A DNA stretch of 64,000 nucleotides from positions 1,120,001-1,184,000 of the forward strand of contig OZ243974.1 of the NCBI GenBank assembly GCA_965214775.1. The letters run 5' to 3'. The position numbers and the translations under genes were made by a program. Below the pieces are notes generated by a model. The model saw nothing but the letters and a program-made list of their open reading frames with translations, was not told where the DNA came from and searched no databases. The DNA is from Nitrosopumilus sp. Lineage in GTDB: Archaea > Thermoproteota > Nitrososphaeria > Nitrososphaerales > Nitrosopumilaceae. Below are positions 9,529 through 20,383 of this stretch, in pieces (within the stretch, counting starts at the first letter, position 1; each line of letters opens with the position of its first letter).

Positions 9529-9610
9529 TAGACCTCATGCGTAATCGGTTCAGATCTGGGATTATTACGAACAAATTCATCTCACTCGGGTCAATTACGC
9601 ATAAAGTCTA
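9529..9610. mobile_element. ~80-bp MITE carrying the IS5 (607-4836) TIRs
   Basis: TAGACCTCATGCGTAATC...ATTACGCATAAAGTCTA. Confidence 0.8.
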
Positions 9611-9865
9611 GCTTTTGATGCCAGATCCACGCACCGTCCTTGTTTCCACTGACTGATGCTGATGCGGCCCCTGATTCTGGCCGGTCTTGCATACTCAGAC
9701 AGGGGGCTAGTGATTTTTCGTACAGTCTTCCCAAAAGTAACCCAAAAAGCGGCTCCAATCTTGAAACCGTTCAAACCAAGCTTCCTGCAGATCCACACAT
9801 TGCCGTCTCAACTGCCACGAGTCGTGTACATCTGGGAAGACTGTGCATGCACAAGTACATTACAG

Positions 9866-10045
9866 ACGCTATATGAAATCTTATCCGTATCCTGTGATAT
9901 ACAATTACCGTTGGGCCTGAGAGTCGATTGGAACTTACCATGTACAAGGGTGTCTTACAGACTGACTCGCAACAGCAGGCGGAAAGCAATATACCGCGCA
10001 GACGGTGAATGGGAGATTCCGCCCGGATCAGGCATTTTGATCAAA
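9866..10045 (+). ncRNA. Putative IS110 bridge/seek RNA, copy 2
   Basis: Same two-hairpin architecture as copy 1, with different target-loop bases. Confidence 0.65.
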
Positions 10046-10059
10046 AAGGAGGTGATAAC

Positions 10060-10640
10060 ATGATCAACGTAGGAATAGACGTACACAAAAAGACATGCGT
10101 TGCGGCAGTAAAGGACGACTCGGGCAAGCTGCTTGAGCGGTCCACGTTTGAGAACAACGTTTTGGCAACAACGAATTTTGCAACAAACCTCAAAAAGGCA
10201 TATCCGGGACAGCTGCCAATCAGGGCAGTATGCGAGTCCACTGACAACTACTGGATTATCGTACACGACACGCTTGAGGACTGCGGGATAGACACCGTGC
10301 TGGTACATCCGGCAAAGGTCAAGGTGATAGCGCACGCCAAGATAAAGGACGACCGCGTGGACGCAAATATACTTGCCGACCTGTTCAGAGCAGACATGCT
10401 GCCAGAGTCGTTTGTGCCTGACAAGCACTACAGGGATCTCAGAATGCTGGGCAGGACCAGAACCGGCAAGACGTCAGAAGCCACCAGGTGCAAGAACAAG
10501 ATACATGCCATACTTGCAAAGTATGACTATGATCTGCACACACACGGCACGTTTACGATTTCTGCCATACAACACATCCAAGACGGGATAAGGATGCCAG
10601 GGATTGACTCGGCAACAGTCCAGATGTACCTTGACGACAC
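10060..10640 (+). pseudogene. IS110 DEDD recombinase, N-terminal half, truncated by MITE C
   Basis: VGIDVHK, CEST and KIKDDRVDA motifs; SD-like AGGAGGTGA just upstream. Confidence 0.9.
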
Positions 10641-10723
10641 TATAGCAACGGGCAGAAGTCTTTGAGTCAAAGTAGGTCATAACTACACGTAAAAAACCTC
10701 AATTATTTCTGCTCGTTGCTATA
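10641..10723. mobile_element. MITE family C (IS630-type)
   Basis: TATAGCAACG...CGTTGCTATA ends, shared with the IS630 at 29624-30729. Confidence 0.85.
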
Positions 10724-10736
10724 CATCTCCCTCCTC

Positions 10737-11768
10737 TCACTTTATGATGAGGCCCCTTGCAAGCAGCTCCTTTGTACTGCATTTTCTTCTAGATTTTATC
10801 CAGACCCGTTTTCTGTGCAAATATCGGACGTTCTGAAACAGCCAAAACACGCTCTGGAAAACTGTCTTCACGCTGGGATTCTGGGCAACATCCGTCTGCT
10901 CATACTTTGTAAAAGCGACAGAGGTGGAGCCACGCAACAGGTAGTCAAGCTTGATCTTCATCGCGCGCAGTCCGTAGACTGCCAAAAATCCCAGCACTGC
11001 CTTGAGGGATGCTGAGAGCTCAAAGTTGGTGATTTTCATCGACAGCTGGTTTTTGCCGCCATGAAAAGAGATCTCCCGTCCAAGCTTTTTTGTGGTCTGC
11101 CCCCCCAGATGAAAAACGATCGATGATGGAATGGTAAAATTCTCATATCCCAGTATGCACAGCCTCCACCCTAGATCCACGTCTTCAAAAGACGAAAAGA
11201 ATTTCTCGTCGAATCCGCCCAACTGTAGAAAAACGGTCCTGCGCATCAGCATCGAGGCGGCCTTGGCACTGAGCATCTGGCGGGGGTTGGAAATTTTCTC
11301 CTTTGAGCTGAAAGAGACGCCAAGGCAGTCTATGAAATCCCCGCTAGAGTCCACGCCATGATCCGTGTCCAGCAACAGGCTTTGGCACGAGCCCATCTTT
11401 TTGTTGTTTTCTGCCGCAGATACAAGCTCGGCAAGAAAGTCAGAAGCAACCACGGTGTCGTTGTTTAGGAACAGGAGGTACTTGCCGCCGGCGCTGCCGG
11501 CGCCAAGGTTGTTTGGGTACGCAAATCCGAGATTCTTTTCCAGTTTCAGAACCTTTGTCTTGGGATAGTGCCTTTGCACCAGCCGTATGCTGCCGTCCTC
11601 TGATCCGTTGTCCACAAGGATTATCTCGAAATTTGGATACGAATTGCCGTAAATGCTCTCAAAGCAGTTTCTCAGCAGTCTCTCGCCGTTATGGTTCACG
11701 ATTATTATGGAAACCAGCGGGTGGTGGCTTTTGACAGGCATCATGCAATGCCTTGATCTAGGAATCAT
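10737..11768 (-). CDS. GT2 glycosyltransferase
   Basis: VSIIIVN, VDNGSED, FLNND and FEDVDL motifs. Confidence 0.92.
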   Translation of the reverse strand: MIPRSRHCMMPVKSHHPLVSIIIVNHNGERLLRNCFESIYGNSYPNFEIILVDNGSEDGSIRLVQRHYPKTKVLKLEKNLGFAYPNNLGAGSAGGKYLLFLNNDTVVASDFLAELVSAAENNKKMGSCQSLLLDTDHGVDSSGDFIDCLGVSFSSKEKISNPRQMLSAKAASMLMRRTVFLQLGGFDEKFFSSFEDVDLGWRLCILGYENFTIPSSIVFHLGGQTTKKLGREISFHGGKNQLSMKITNFELSASLKAVLGFLAVYGLRAMKIKLDYLLRGSTSVAFTKYEQTDVAQNPSVKTVFQSVFWLFQNVRYLHRKRVWIKSRRKCSTKELLARGLIIK

Positions 11769-11787
11769 AAAATTATTTTGAAAATAA

Positions 11788-12693
11788 TCACCTTGATCTT
11801 CTTATGTTGTTTAGATAAAAGACAAGCAGCCTGTCGATCTGGCCGGCGGGCAGTACTCTTGACAAAAATTCCAGGCCCGAACTCATGAGCTTTTTTGATA
11901 CCGGTTTTTCGCGTCTGAAGCGCTTTAACGCGTCTGCATATCGGAGCCGCTCCTCGGGAATCAGCCTCTGGAGAACGTCGCGGCGAACCTGCTCTGTACG
12001 CAGTAACGAACCGAACACGTGCTGCCTGGACAGCTGCTGGGAATGAACCCTGTATTTTAGCAGCGGCCTGTCAATCAGGTAGAAGCTCATCTGGCCAATC
12101 AATCCGGCCTCTAGGAAAAGCGCATAGTCTACAGATACCGGGTCATCTGGCCGGCGGGAGGAGATGATGCTGCTACCGCCGCATCCCTTGCCAAAAAACT
12201 TGCCGGGAATCAAGCTTGTGTTGACGTTGATCTGTTGTCCGTCAAGCAGCCTGACGTTAAAATCAAAGTTGCTCAGGCAGTTATAGTCGGTCTCAGAAAA
12301 CCTCCGCAGGAATTTGCCGTCTGCGTCGATCATGTCCCAGTTCGAGTATACTATGTAGCTGTCGCCCAATTCGCGGGACTTTGCCACCAGCCTTTCAACT
12401 GTGTAAGGATACATGACGTCGTCCGGAGAGAACCACTTGAACCAGTTTCCGCGCATCCTTTCAATGCCGGTTTGCAGCGCGGAAGCCAGGCCCCTGTTCT
12501 TTTGATCAACTATCGTGATTTTGTCCGAAAAGGTCTTCAGGATGTCCATCGACCCGTCTTGGGAGCCGTCGTTAACTGCTATCACCTCGATGTCGGCATA
12601 GGTCTGATCCAAAACGGAGGACAGTGATTCGGAGAGAAACTTTTCCGAGTTGTATACGGGGATGACAACTGAGACGGTCTGATTGTGGGCCAT
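11788..12693 (-). CDS. GT2 glycosyltransferase
   Basis: VSVVIPVYN, NDGSQD and SPDD motifs. Confidence 0.92.
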   Translation of the reverse strand: MAHNQTVSVVIPVYNSEKFLSESLSSVLDQTYADIEVIAVNDGSQDGSMDILKTFSDKITIVDQKNRGLASALQTGIERMRGNWFKWFSPDDVMYPYTVERLVAKSRELGDSYIVYSNWDMIDADGKFLRRFSETDYNCLSNFDFNVRLLDGQQINVNTSLIPGKFFGKGCGGSSIISSRRPDDPVSVDYALFLEAGLIGQMSFYLIDRPLLKYRVHSQQLSRQHVFGSLLRTEQVRRDVLQRLIPEERLRYADALKRFRREKPVSKKLMSSGLEFLSRVLPAGQIDRLLVFYLNNIRRSR

Positions 12694-12724
12694 TGCCGTA
12701 TCTAAAAATATGAATGTTATAATT

Positions 12725-13744
12725 CTAGCCTAGTTTTGACTTGATGTACCTGATGGAATGAACAGGTGACGGATCCATGTCTTCTAAAACCGCCTTGTAG
12801 ACAGAGCAGTAGTCAAGCAGGTAAACAAGGCACATTATTTTTGTCAGGATGCTGCCCTTCTCAGACAGTATCTCGCGATAGCGGATCCGGTTTTCTGCAA
12901 AGTACTGTTTCAGGATTTCCCAGCGCTCTTTTGTGTTTATGTGATCATCGACCCCCCTGATCAGGATGGGCTTGATGCGGGAGCCTTTCTCCCAGGCAAC
13001 GATTCCGTTATGACACATTTCTATTACGTCTTCTACGAATGCATGCATTTTTGCATTCTCCTGCAGCGAGTTCTTGAATCGGATTGCTGCGGCATACATG
13101 CCATAAGGATAATAAATTGCAGGGATCTCTGAGATGAAACCTGCCAAGTCCAGCGAGGGGTTGCTTTTGGTCAAATTTGACGAGGATATTCTCAGTGCGG
13201 TCTCCTCCAGTCTGGAGATGGACTCCAATACGTCTGATGAAGAGACAGGAAGGCAGGATCTCAGCACATTTAGTATGGAATACACGTAGGCGCCAAACGA
13301 TGCCCTTGGAGAATGAATCATGGGAATTTTTTTGTGAATGATGTTGTTTTGAGTACAAAAAGACTCCATTTTGTTTCCAGAGGAGAACGCTATCAGCTTG
13401 CAATGTAACTTGTGGGCGCGTTTAAGAACCGAAAGGGTTTCGATCGTGTTTCCGGAAATGCTGATGCACACCACAAGGGAGTTTTTTGAGATGGTGCTGG
13501 GCAGCACGTATCCCTTTACTACGCTTACATGGATGCTGGTCTTTGACAAGATTGACTCAAAGAGATCCCCTATTGCGCCTGAACCACCCATGCCGGAAAA
13601 TACGATATGCTCTACGCCTTCAAAGTCTACCGTGCCCAAATCCTTCTCGTAGGCATCCCTTGCAGACCTTGGCCATTGGTCATAGGCTTTGCACATCCCG
13701 GATCTGTCTATTTTGTCTAGGGCAGACCTGTCCATGCCAGTCAA
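12725..13744 (-). CDS. Bifunctional phosphoglucose/phosphomannose isomerase (SIS domain)
   Basis: GMGGSG, SISGNTIET, RFKNSLQENAK and EMCHN motifs. Confidence 0.88.
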   Translation of the reverse strand: MTGMDRSALDKIDRSGMCKAYDQWPRSARDAYEKDLGTVDFEGVEHIVFSGMGGSGAIGDLFESILSKTSIHVSVVKGYVLPSTISKNSLVVCISISGNTIETLSVLKRAHKLHCKLIAFSSGNKMESFCTQNNIIHKKIPMIHSPRASFGAYVYSILNVLRSCLPVSSSDVLESISRLEETALRISSSNLTKSNPSLDLAGFISEIPAIYYPYGMYAAAIRFKNSLQENAKMHAFVEDVIEMCHNGIVAWEKGSRIKPILIRGVDDHINTKERWEILKQYFAENRIRYREILSEKGSILTKIMCLVYLLDYCSVYKAVLEDMDPSPVHSIRYIKSKLG

Positions 13745-14032
13745 ACCATGTGCTTCTCATTTAATTATTACCAAACGTGCCCGGCAAATCCGTGTCCTGC
13801 AAGATGATCTCTTCTTGTGCAAGTCATCATGACAAGCTGCCTGTAGGCAACCAGCAAGTGTAAAACCCCTTTTTGCTATTTTGTTGTGATGGCGCTATAT
13901 CTGGCAGGGGCGCCTTCAGGCGATGATCTGCATGAGTCATCCGTTGCGTTTTTGGCAGGTTTTTTATGCTGTCGTCTGCTGCTGCTAGGTGGATTTAAAG
14001 GGGGTGCATTTCCGTCTACTGAAGAAGGCCAA

Positions 14033-15262
14033 ATGGTGATGACGAGTCGAGGCAAAGCCGTTCTGTATGCGGGTTTTTTGTTTTCATTGGCAATAGCAGT
14101 CATAAGCTCCGTTCCGATAATATTTCCGGCATCGCTTACGCTATCAGGTAGCATAGTTCCGGAAATTCCCCAGGCAGGACCAGACAGATTTGAAACCGGG
14201 GTTTGGTCGGTGCCGTTAATCGTAACTAATGCCGTTGTCTTTGGCCTAGCGTTTTTGCACTTCAGGGGCAAAATTCCGGGGATAACGATTTTTTTTGTCA
14301 GACTCTTTAATTTCGAGATATCAAAAAAGGCCGCCTTTGTAGTCCTAGCAGTTATCCTTGGCGCATACATCTCACTGTCGATAGGGGAGCTCTCGACGGA
14401 GGAAAAATGGGAGGATTATGAAAACCTGAAGAAAACACTGGATGCATGGACGCCGGATTCTGTATCATATGGGTATGAACCGCACGTAACATATGCATTA
14501 ACGGTGGCATCCATGAGAATTTTTGGAAACTATGCGGTATTTCCGTTCATGGCATCGATACTGTTGGTGATACTGACATATTTGTTCACAGTCCAACTGA
14601 CGCAAAAGCGGTTTGCCGGAGTTGTATCAAGCGTTGTCCTGCTTCAAAGCAACATATTTTTGTCATACGACACATCAGTGGCCTATACAAATTTCTGGGC
14701 GTTGTTTTATGTGGCATCCCTGTATCTGGCTAGACGAAAGTGGTTCTTGTCGCCGATATCATTTGTGCTCTCAATTCCGGCCAAAGCATTAACTGCAATG
14801 TTTGCGCCCATGTCGGTTTACTACTATCTGCAAACAGACACTGCAAGATCTAATAAAATCATAATGGCCGGAGCTGTTGTAGCGGTAGTCATCGCAGCGG
14901 CGATTTTGGTATCGGCAGCAGGATTGCCTGCCGGGGACGCAAGAGGCGAGGCATTTAACACATCAGAGTTTTGGATGGGATTTTCTTCCTTTGCCAACCA
15001 GCTAAGATGGGACGGCATCGTGCTGCTGTTTCTGATCCCGCTGATCGTGCTGCTGTTCATATCTTCGATGCGTGGGGTAAAACATGCAAACGCGATTATG
15101 GTGATTATTGCAGGCATGCTGTTCATACCCCCTTTGTTGACGGGGTTTAGCACGCAGACAAACCAGCCCTACAGGTTTGTTCCCCTGGTCGTATTTTTTG
15201 CCATAGGGGTGGGGGTGCTGTTGTCGAGAATTCCTACACCGCGCGAACAAAAGTCCAAATAG
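14033..15262 (+). CDS. Polytopic membrane protein (possibly GT-C-like)
   Basis: About 10 hydrophobic segments and located in the glycan locus; start codon uncertain. Confidence 0.7.
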   Translation: MVMTSRGKAVLYAGFLFSLAIAVISSVPIIFPASLTLSGSIVPEIPQAGPDRFETGVWSVPLIVTNAVVFGLAFLHFRGKIPGITIFFVRLFNFEISKKAAFVVLAVILGAYISLSIGELSTEEKWEDYENLKKTLDAWTPDSVSYGYEPHVTYALTVASMRIFGNYAVFPFMASILLVILTYLFTVQLTQKRFAGVVSSVVLLQSNIFLSYDTSVAYTNFWALFYVASLYLARRKWFLSPISFVLSIPAKALTAMFAPMSVYYYLQTDTARSNKIIMAGAVVAVVIAAAILVSAAGLPAGDARGEAFNTSEFWMGFSSFANQLRWDGIVLLFLIPLIVLLFISSMRGVKHANAIMVIIAGMLFIPPLLTGFSTQTNQPYRFVPLVVFFAIGVGVLLSRIPTPREQKSK

Positions 15263-15674
15263 ATTGCATGGTATCCCCGGGGGAGACGGGATATCCGTCA
15301 TGTGAAAAACGTGCAATGTGTACGCGTTTGCCTTCAACGTTGTCATGCAGGTTGGTGCTGGCAATCACGTCATTGGCGGCAAAGGTTTGCTCTTGAGCTC
15401 TTCTTATCACCTGATACGGCTGGCCGTCAATTGAGATTATGGGTGCAGAACCACGTGACGCCTCAAGATCCAATAATGACTGTAATGCCGGAATGTTAAT
15501 GGTGGTAAATTTGCTTGACTCCAGATACGAAGTCAATACGCCGTCAGAATTTCTTACTGTGGTTTGAACCAAAACAAACATTCCGTCATCTATGTCGGTT
15601 TGATACTGAGAAAATGCAAGGGGGGGCAGTACAAATAATGACAACAGTATCAGAGAGCAGTATGTCAGTTTCAT
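15234..15674 (-). CDS. Secreted hypothetical protein
   Basis: Signal-peptide-like MKLTYCSLILLSLFVLPPLAFSQ. Confidence 0.7.
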   Translation of the reverse strand: MKLTYCSLILLSLFVLPPLAFSQYQTDIDDGMFVLVQTTVRNSDGVLTSYLESSKFTTINIPALQSLLDLEASRGSAPIISIDGQPYQVIRRAQEQTFAANDVIASTNLHDNVEGKRVHIARFSHDGYPVSPGDTMQSIWTFVRAV

Positions 15675-16195
15675 GGTTTGGTTAGATGCTGGAATTAATT
15701 TAGTCTTTGCCCCAAGGGCAAGATGCCATATACAGAGCCGTGATCCGAAATTAGAAGCTCGGATCATCTGTCTTCCCAAGTTCCTCGTAAAACCGTTGCA
15801 AATCTGGAACAATTCGGATCAGGCTGCCTGCAGATCCGCATGCAGCCGTCCGCATGCAGCCGTAAGCCGGGTTGCATCTGAGGCCCGATCATATGTGGAC
15901 GACTTGCATACGTCAAGTCAGTTGGCGCCTACAAATGGCAGGCTGCCTGCATGCAAGACTGCCTGGCAAGCGCGCGGAAAAATCCGGGCATCGACAGCCT
16001 CTAATTGAGTCGCCTCTCTTTCCAGTTTGTGTCTTTGCTCGATTTTCTGGCACTTTGTCTGGCTGTATTTTGAGCTGCTTTGTGCAAATCCGTCAGCAAG
16101 TAATCAGAACTCTGATTTTGAATCAACTCCGATGAGGTCAAGGCATTCTTGTCCTTGATTGTTGGCATATGCTGCCTTGCCGGTAGTCATGATAT

Positions 16196-16473
16196 GGTGG
16201 TTGTTTCCTGATTCCACTTATTTGACTCAATCAGTACGTTTTTCTGAATTTCCACCATTTTGCACGCCTGATCTATGTGGCATCTCAGCGGTTTTCAGGA
16301 ATTCCGGCGAATTAGGAAACAACCACCATGACATGTCACCGGGGCTGTCGCCTAATTCATCTATCTAGATCAACCTACACATTTTTCTGAACTTCCGTCC
16401 CTCTTGCACGCCTAGATCCGGATGATACCGTATGGTTTTCAGGAGTTCTGGCAAGTTAGGAGGAGACAACCCT
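16196..16473. mobile_element. Two tandem MITE family G copies (IS5-type GGGGTTGT..CCTAATTC ends)
   Basis: Copies at ~16196-16327 and ~16341-16473, similar to 42513-42642. Confidence 0.75.
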
Positions 16474-16599
16474 CCCCACATCGCCCCCACATCGCCACCA
16501 GTGCATGCAGTTGAAAACCGAATATTTTTTTGGTGAAATAGGCATGATGTGTCAAAATCATATTCCATTTTTTGATGTTGGCACTACACCACCACCACC

Positions 16600-16880
16600 A
16601 TATGCGCCAAAACACGATGTCCGTGGAAAGACCCGTAACTGCAACCGGTTTTGGCGGCACACATGATGAGACTGTGAAGGATAAAAAAGGTCGGATTCCT
16701 AGACAAGAAGGGAGATTAAGGAGATGGATACAAAAGATGCTGATGCTGCTGATAGACAATCCAGAAGAGGCGCATGAGAAGATGGGCAAGCACGGGAGAA
16801 AATCTACACATGACAACCGGGACAGCAGGCTGGCAGCAGAAAATCCCGTCGACATCCTCAAAAGTATTAGGTCAAAATGA
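16600..16880 (+). pseudogene. C-terminal remnant of a GT4 glycosyltransferase
   Basis: ERPVTATGFGG..ETV and LIDNPEEAHEKMGKHGR resemble a GT-B C-terminus; the 5' part is replaced by MITEs. Confidence 0.55.
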
Positions 16881-17863
16881 GCGAATCCAAAGAAAAGCAG
16901 CAGATCAGGGCAGCCTTTATCTACAAGCCGTCGTGGAGATACTATAACAAAAATAACTCCATCAACAACAGGTACTATTTTTTCTTTCACGCCCTGAGAA
17001 GAAACAGGCATCTGCAGATGGGTTATTTTCCCGCAGAACAAAGCTTTGATGCGGCAAAGCTCAGGGGCAGATATGACGTCATACTGTGCACCAACAGCGA
17101 CCTGAGCACGCCCCACTTGGAAAACGTCAAAGAGCTTGACATTCCGGTGATCGCCCATACGCATGATCCCCACCGCATAAAACAGTGGGATCTGATTGGA
17201 TTTCACGAAAAATGGAATATCGACTGCTGTTTCAACTTTATGCCACGGAGCTATTTTTACAAGTACTTTCCAAGCAGTTTCAAGTACAAGACAATAACAT
17301 ACGGCGTTGAGCCCGATTTGCCCAGGACGCCTGCATTCAAGGACAGGACGAAGAATCGAATCCTGCTCACCGGCAGGTTAAGGGAGGTGAAGATCGCGTA
17401 TCTGCTGGCACGCAGCGTTCTCAGACCCATGTCTAACTTTAGTTGGCACCTGTACAAGCTGAGGAGAAAATGCAAAAGCCTGCCATACGTTGACTATGCG
17501 GATGCATGTGTACACGGCGGACATCCGTACTTTGTTGCACACCTGTCACGGTACAGGGCAACCATAGCTGCAACAAGGTACTATCCCACCATCAAGTACT
17601 ACGAGTCCACTGCCTCCGGATGCCTGACATTCATGGAGGTCTCAGAGGAAAACGACTGCGGATATCTGGGATTCCGGGACGGGGAGAGCGCCGTGTTCAT
17701 CGACTCTAAAAATTACAAAAAAAGGTTCGAGGAGTACCTGGCATCTCCGGATGATCCAAAGTGGGAACAGATAGCGGCGCGCGGCAAAAGGCACACGCTG
17801 GAGAACCTCACAAACGACAGGGCGGCCGAATCCCTTGTGGACCTGATGAGGGAGCTGCTTTGA
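16877..17863 (+). CDS. GT-B glycosyltransferase (CgeB/Glyco_trans_1_2-like)
   Basis: PTIKYYESTASGCLTFME, GFRDGESAVFI and WEQIAARGK motifs. Confidence 0.75.
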   Translation: MSESKEKQQIRAAFIYKPSWRYYNKNNSINNRYYFFFHALRRNRHLQMGYFPAEQSFDAAKLRGRYDVILCTNSDLSTPHLENVKELDIPVIAHTHDPHRIKQWDLIGFHEKWNIDCCFNFMPRSYFYKYFPSSFKYKTITYGVEPDLPRTPAFKDRTKNRILLTGRLREVKIAYLLARSVLRPMSNFSWHLYKLRRKCKSLPYVDYADACVHGGHPYFVAHLSRYRATIAATRYYPTIKYYESTASGCLTFMEVSEENDCGYLGFRDGESAVFIDSKNYKKRFEEYLASPDDPKWEQIAARGKRHTLENLTNDRAAESLVDLMRELL

Positions 17864-18046
17864 GTCTCCGGCCTGCCTTTTTCAGCAGGCTCAAAAGCGC
17901 CGCAAAGTTCCGGGGCTGGAAGGTGATCCAAAATTAGAAACCGAGCGACCCGTCCGTAGATGTTATGCTGCTGCATACCCCACATCTCAGATAATAGGTG
18001 AACGACTTTTCGTACAACATACCGCCCCTGTTTTTTACAAAAGTTT

Positions 18047-18898
18047 ATGAGAGGTTCCACAAGACAAAAACTGTTGGAAAGCATAAAGGAAAATCCCATT
18101 ACATATTCACTAAAGGAAGTTCCAGTTGATACGATTACAGTGTGGGACGAGGTGCAGTCAAGAAAACTGGACAGTACAGACATTGACTCCCTTGCCCGCT
18201 CCATAAAAGAAGAGGGATTGCAGAATCCCCCAATGGTGCAAAGAGGGGGCGGTGCAAACTCATACCTGCTTATGGCAGGACAAAGAAGGCTTGCAGCACT
18301 CAAAAGGCTTGGCTCCAAGACAATTCCTGTCTTGATACTGTCCAAGAACAGCTCGTGCGGCATAGAGGATGCAAAGGCAGTATCAATAATTGAAAACCTG
18401 CACAGAAAGGACATGTCGGCATCCGAGATGTCTGCGTCATGCCGGTTTCTGGCAGAAAAGCTTGGGGTAACAGCTGCATCAAAGGCACTTGGAATTCATC
18501 GCAGCACGTTCCGGGAATACCTCGGATACGGTGCAGTGCCAGACAAGATAAAGAAGATGGTCCCAAAGGCATTGTCCAAAAGAGACGCAATCAGAATATG
18601 CAGGGTCATTACCGTTCCGTCTGAGGCATTGGATACAATTCAACGAATTTCCAGCTATGACAGTGCACAAAAAAAGAGATACATTGATGCATTGGAACAA
18701 CTTGGAAATGCAGCAGAGCATTCTGAAATTCAAAGGCTTGCAAACTCGTTTAGGGCAAGACAAAATGTTTCCCTAAAGTTCTCCAAGAGCCAAGCAAAAG
18801 GGCTGTCCAAACTGTCACGTGAGCAGAATCTGGAACCAGGCGAGCTTGCACAAAAGATTGTCTCAGACTATTTGTCAAGGAGAGGATTTATTAGGTAA
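18047..18898 (+). CDS. ParB/Srx N-terminal domain protein with HTH and RHH-like C-terminus
   Basis: LARSIKEEGLQNPP, AGQRRL and ENLHRKDM motifs. Confidence 0.88.
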   Translation: MRGSTRQKLLESIKENPITYSLKEVPVDTITVWDEVQSRKLDSTDIDSLARSIKEEGLQNPPMVQRGGGANSYLLMAGQRRLAALKRLGSKTIPVLILSKNSSCGIEDAKAVSIIENLHRKDMSASEMSASCRFLAEKLGVTAASKALGIHRSTFREYLGYGAVPDKIKKMVPKALSKRDAIRICRVITVPSEALDTIQRISSYDSAQKKRYIDALEQLGNAAEHSEIQRLANSFRARQNVSLKFSKSQAKGLSKLSREQNLEPGELAQKIVSDYLSRRGFIR

Positions 18899-18981
18899 TT
18901 TCTGCTCAAAGGTTACAAATTTTTGTCTCAAGATTATTGAGTTGCATTACGCGAGTTTCCAAGCGGATAAAAAATCTGCTC

Positions 18982-19092
18982 GTAACAACTCGGGCTCTGA
19001 AAGCCGTTCCTGATTTCAGGCACAGATTCATTTTGATCGACATCCATTAGTGGCAAAACTCACGCCTGAACTTCCAGAGTCCGATCAGTTAC
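18982..19092 (+). mobile_element. MITE family A with 8-bp TSD
   Basis: GTAA...TTAC ends; ATCTGCTC at 18974-18981 and 19093-19100. Confidence 0.88.
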
Positions 19093-19180
19093 ATCTGCTC
19101 TTATTCCACAGGCTTGCATAATAACGTGGAACTGATCCCAAAACCTGTAACAATCAATCAATCTTGCCAGAGCATCAGAC

Positions 19181-19298
19181 GTAACAGGTTAGCCCCTGCC
19201 TAGGCAGCAATCAGGCACGAATCTGCTTGCAGTTGTGATTTTCATGCCGAGCCGGCAAGGGATGCAACTCCAACTCTAGGCAGGGGCTAACCTGTTAC
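19181..19298 (-). mobile_element. MITE family B with 8-bp TSD
   Basis: CATCAGAC flanks both ends. Confidence 0.88.
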
Positions 19299-19664
19299 CA
19301 TCAGACCATAACAAGGACAGGTCAACGGCGAGGCTCAGTTTGGCAAGCATGCCTTCATGTTTTATGATGTGTCCAAATTCCAACATTTTACAATGCAGTG
19401 AAAATAGATGTGGGGGCAGAGATTGTTCACACATGTGACATGATGAGGGAGATGTCAACTGATGTGTCATATGGAGAACAATTGGAATACGACATTGAAC
19501 GATTAAACCGCAGCTTCCAATCCGTTCCAGTAAAAATCATAATGATTGAGTCTTGATGTGATGCGTATTGGATTGCAAGGGTTTCTGTAGAAAATATAAA
19601 AAATCCAAAATGCAAATGATACTGCTAGGACTTTGTGCGTATTTGCCAAAAATGACGTAAAAGC

Positions 19665-19859
19665 TTGCCTGATTTTTTTGATCTGCGCCGATTACGCACA
19701 AGGTCTACTGACTCCAAGTACTATCCCAACTGTGATGTATTTTTGGAATGGAAAGGTGACAGAAGATGCCCATGTTGTGCAAGATATCTAAAACGCAAAT
19801 CCAGACATTCTAAAGACAGGCGCAGACACGAGATTAACCTTGCTTCAAAATACGGCTAG
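19665..19859 (+). pseudogene. Degraded small Cys-rich (Zn-finger-like) protein
   Basis: NCDVFLEWKGDRRCPCCARYLKRKSR resembles small thaumarchaeal CxxC/CPCC proteins; the 3' end is hit by a MITE. Confidence 0.45.
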
Positions 19860-20002
19860 GCGAAAAGTACTCAGCAAGGCAGAAAACCAAGGAATTCAGG
19901 CCGTCTTAACAATACTAGTGTTCAAGGAGTGTATGACGGTTTGTCTCAGGGAGCCCAAACCCCCTCCATAATGTCAGATCTGGGGTACTTTTCGCTTGGC
20001 TG
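19853..20002 (+). mobile_element. 150-bp internal-deletion derivative of the ISH3-like element
   Basis: Left and right ends match those of 54900-56192; 5-bp TSD AAATA. Confidence 0.88.
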
Positions 20003-20071
20003 AAATACCCAAAACGAATATGACTTTGATCTGGAGAAAAACTTGGATTTTAGTACACGTTATCTTGAGTG

Positions 20072-20181
20072 CAGCTAAGTGAAAAGTACTAAAAATCGAG
20101 TAAAAACAGAAGCTGGACAGGAGGCACGATGCCTCAATATCAGGACAAAACAACAAGCCTCATTTACTTTTCACTTAGCTG
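20072..20181. mobile_element. MITE with ISH3-type TIRs
   Basis: CAGCTAAGTGAAAAGTA...TACTTTTCACTTAGCTG. Confidence 0.8.
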
Positions 20182-20292
20182 GAGTGTGCACATCAAAAAA
20201 TGGATCATAGTTTTGGCACATCGTGCCTATTTCACCAAAAAAATGTTCCATTTTCAACTGTGCTCCCTACTCTACTGTCACCCTCTTGCTGC

Positions 20293-20383
20293 TGTACGAG
20301 TTTACCCCTTAGGCGTCCTGCTATCTGGAACCTTTATGATCACGCCTGACCCGCCGTATCTCAGGTGAGGGGTAAACTCCTAC
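20293..20383. mobile_element. Small IS66-like MITE
   Basis: GTACGAGTTTACCCCT...AGGGGTAAACTCCTAC inverted ends. Confidence 0.6.

Noticed and set aside
16439-17206. 255-aa antisense ORF and similar antisense ORFs over IS and GT genes
   Set aside because: They overlap well-supported genes or MITEs on the other strand and lack motifs.
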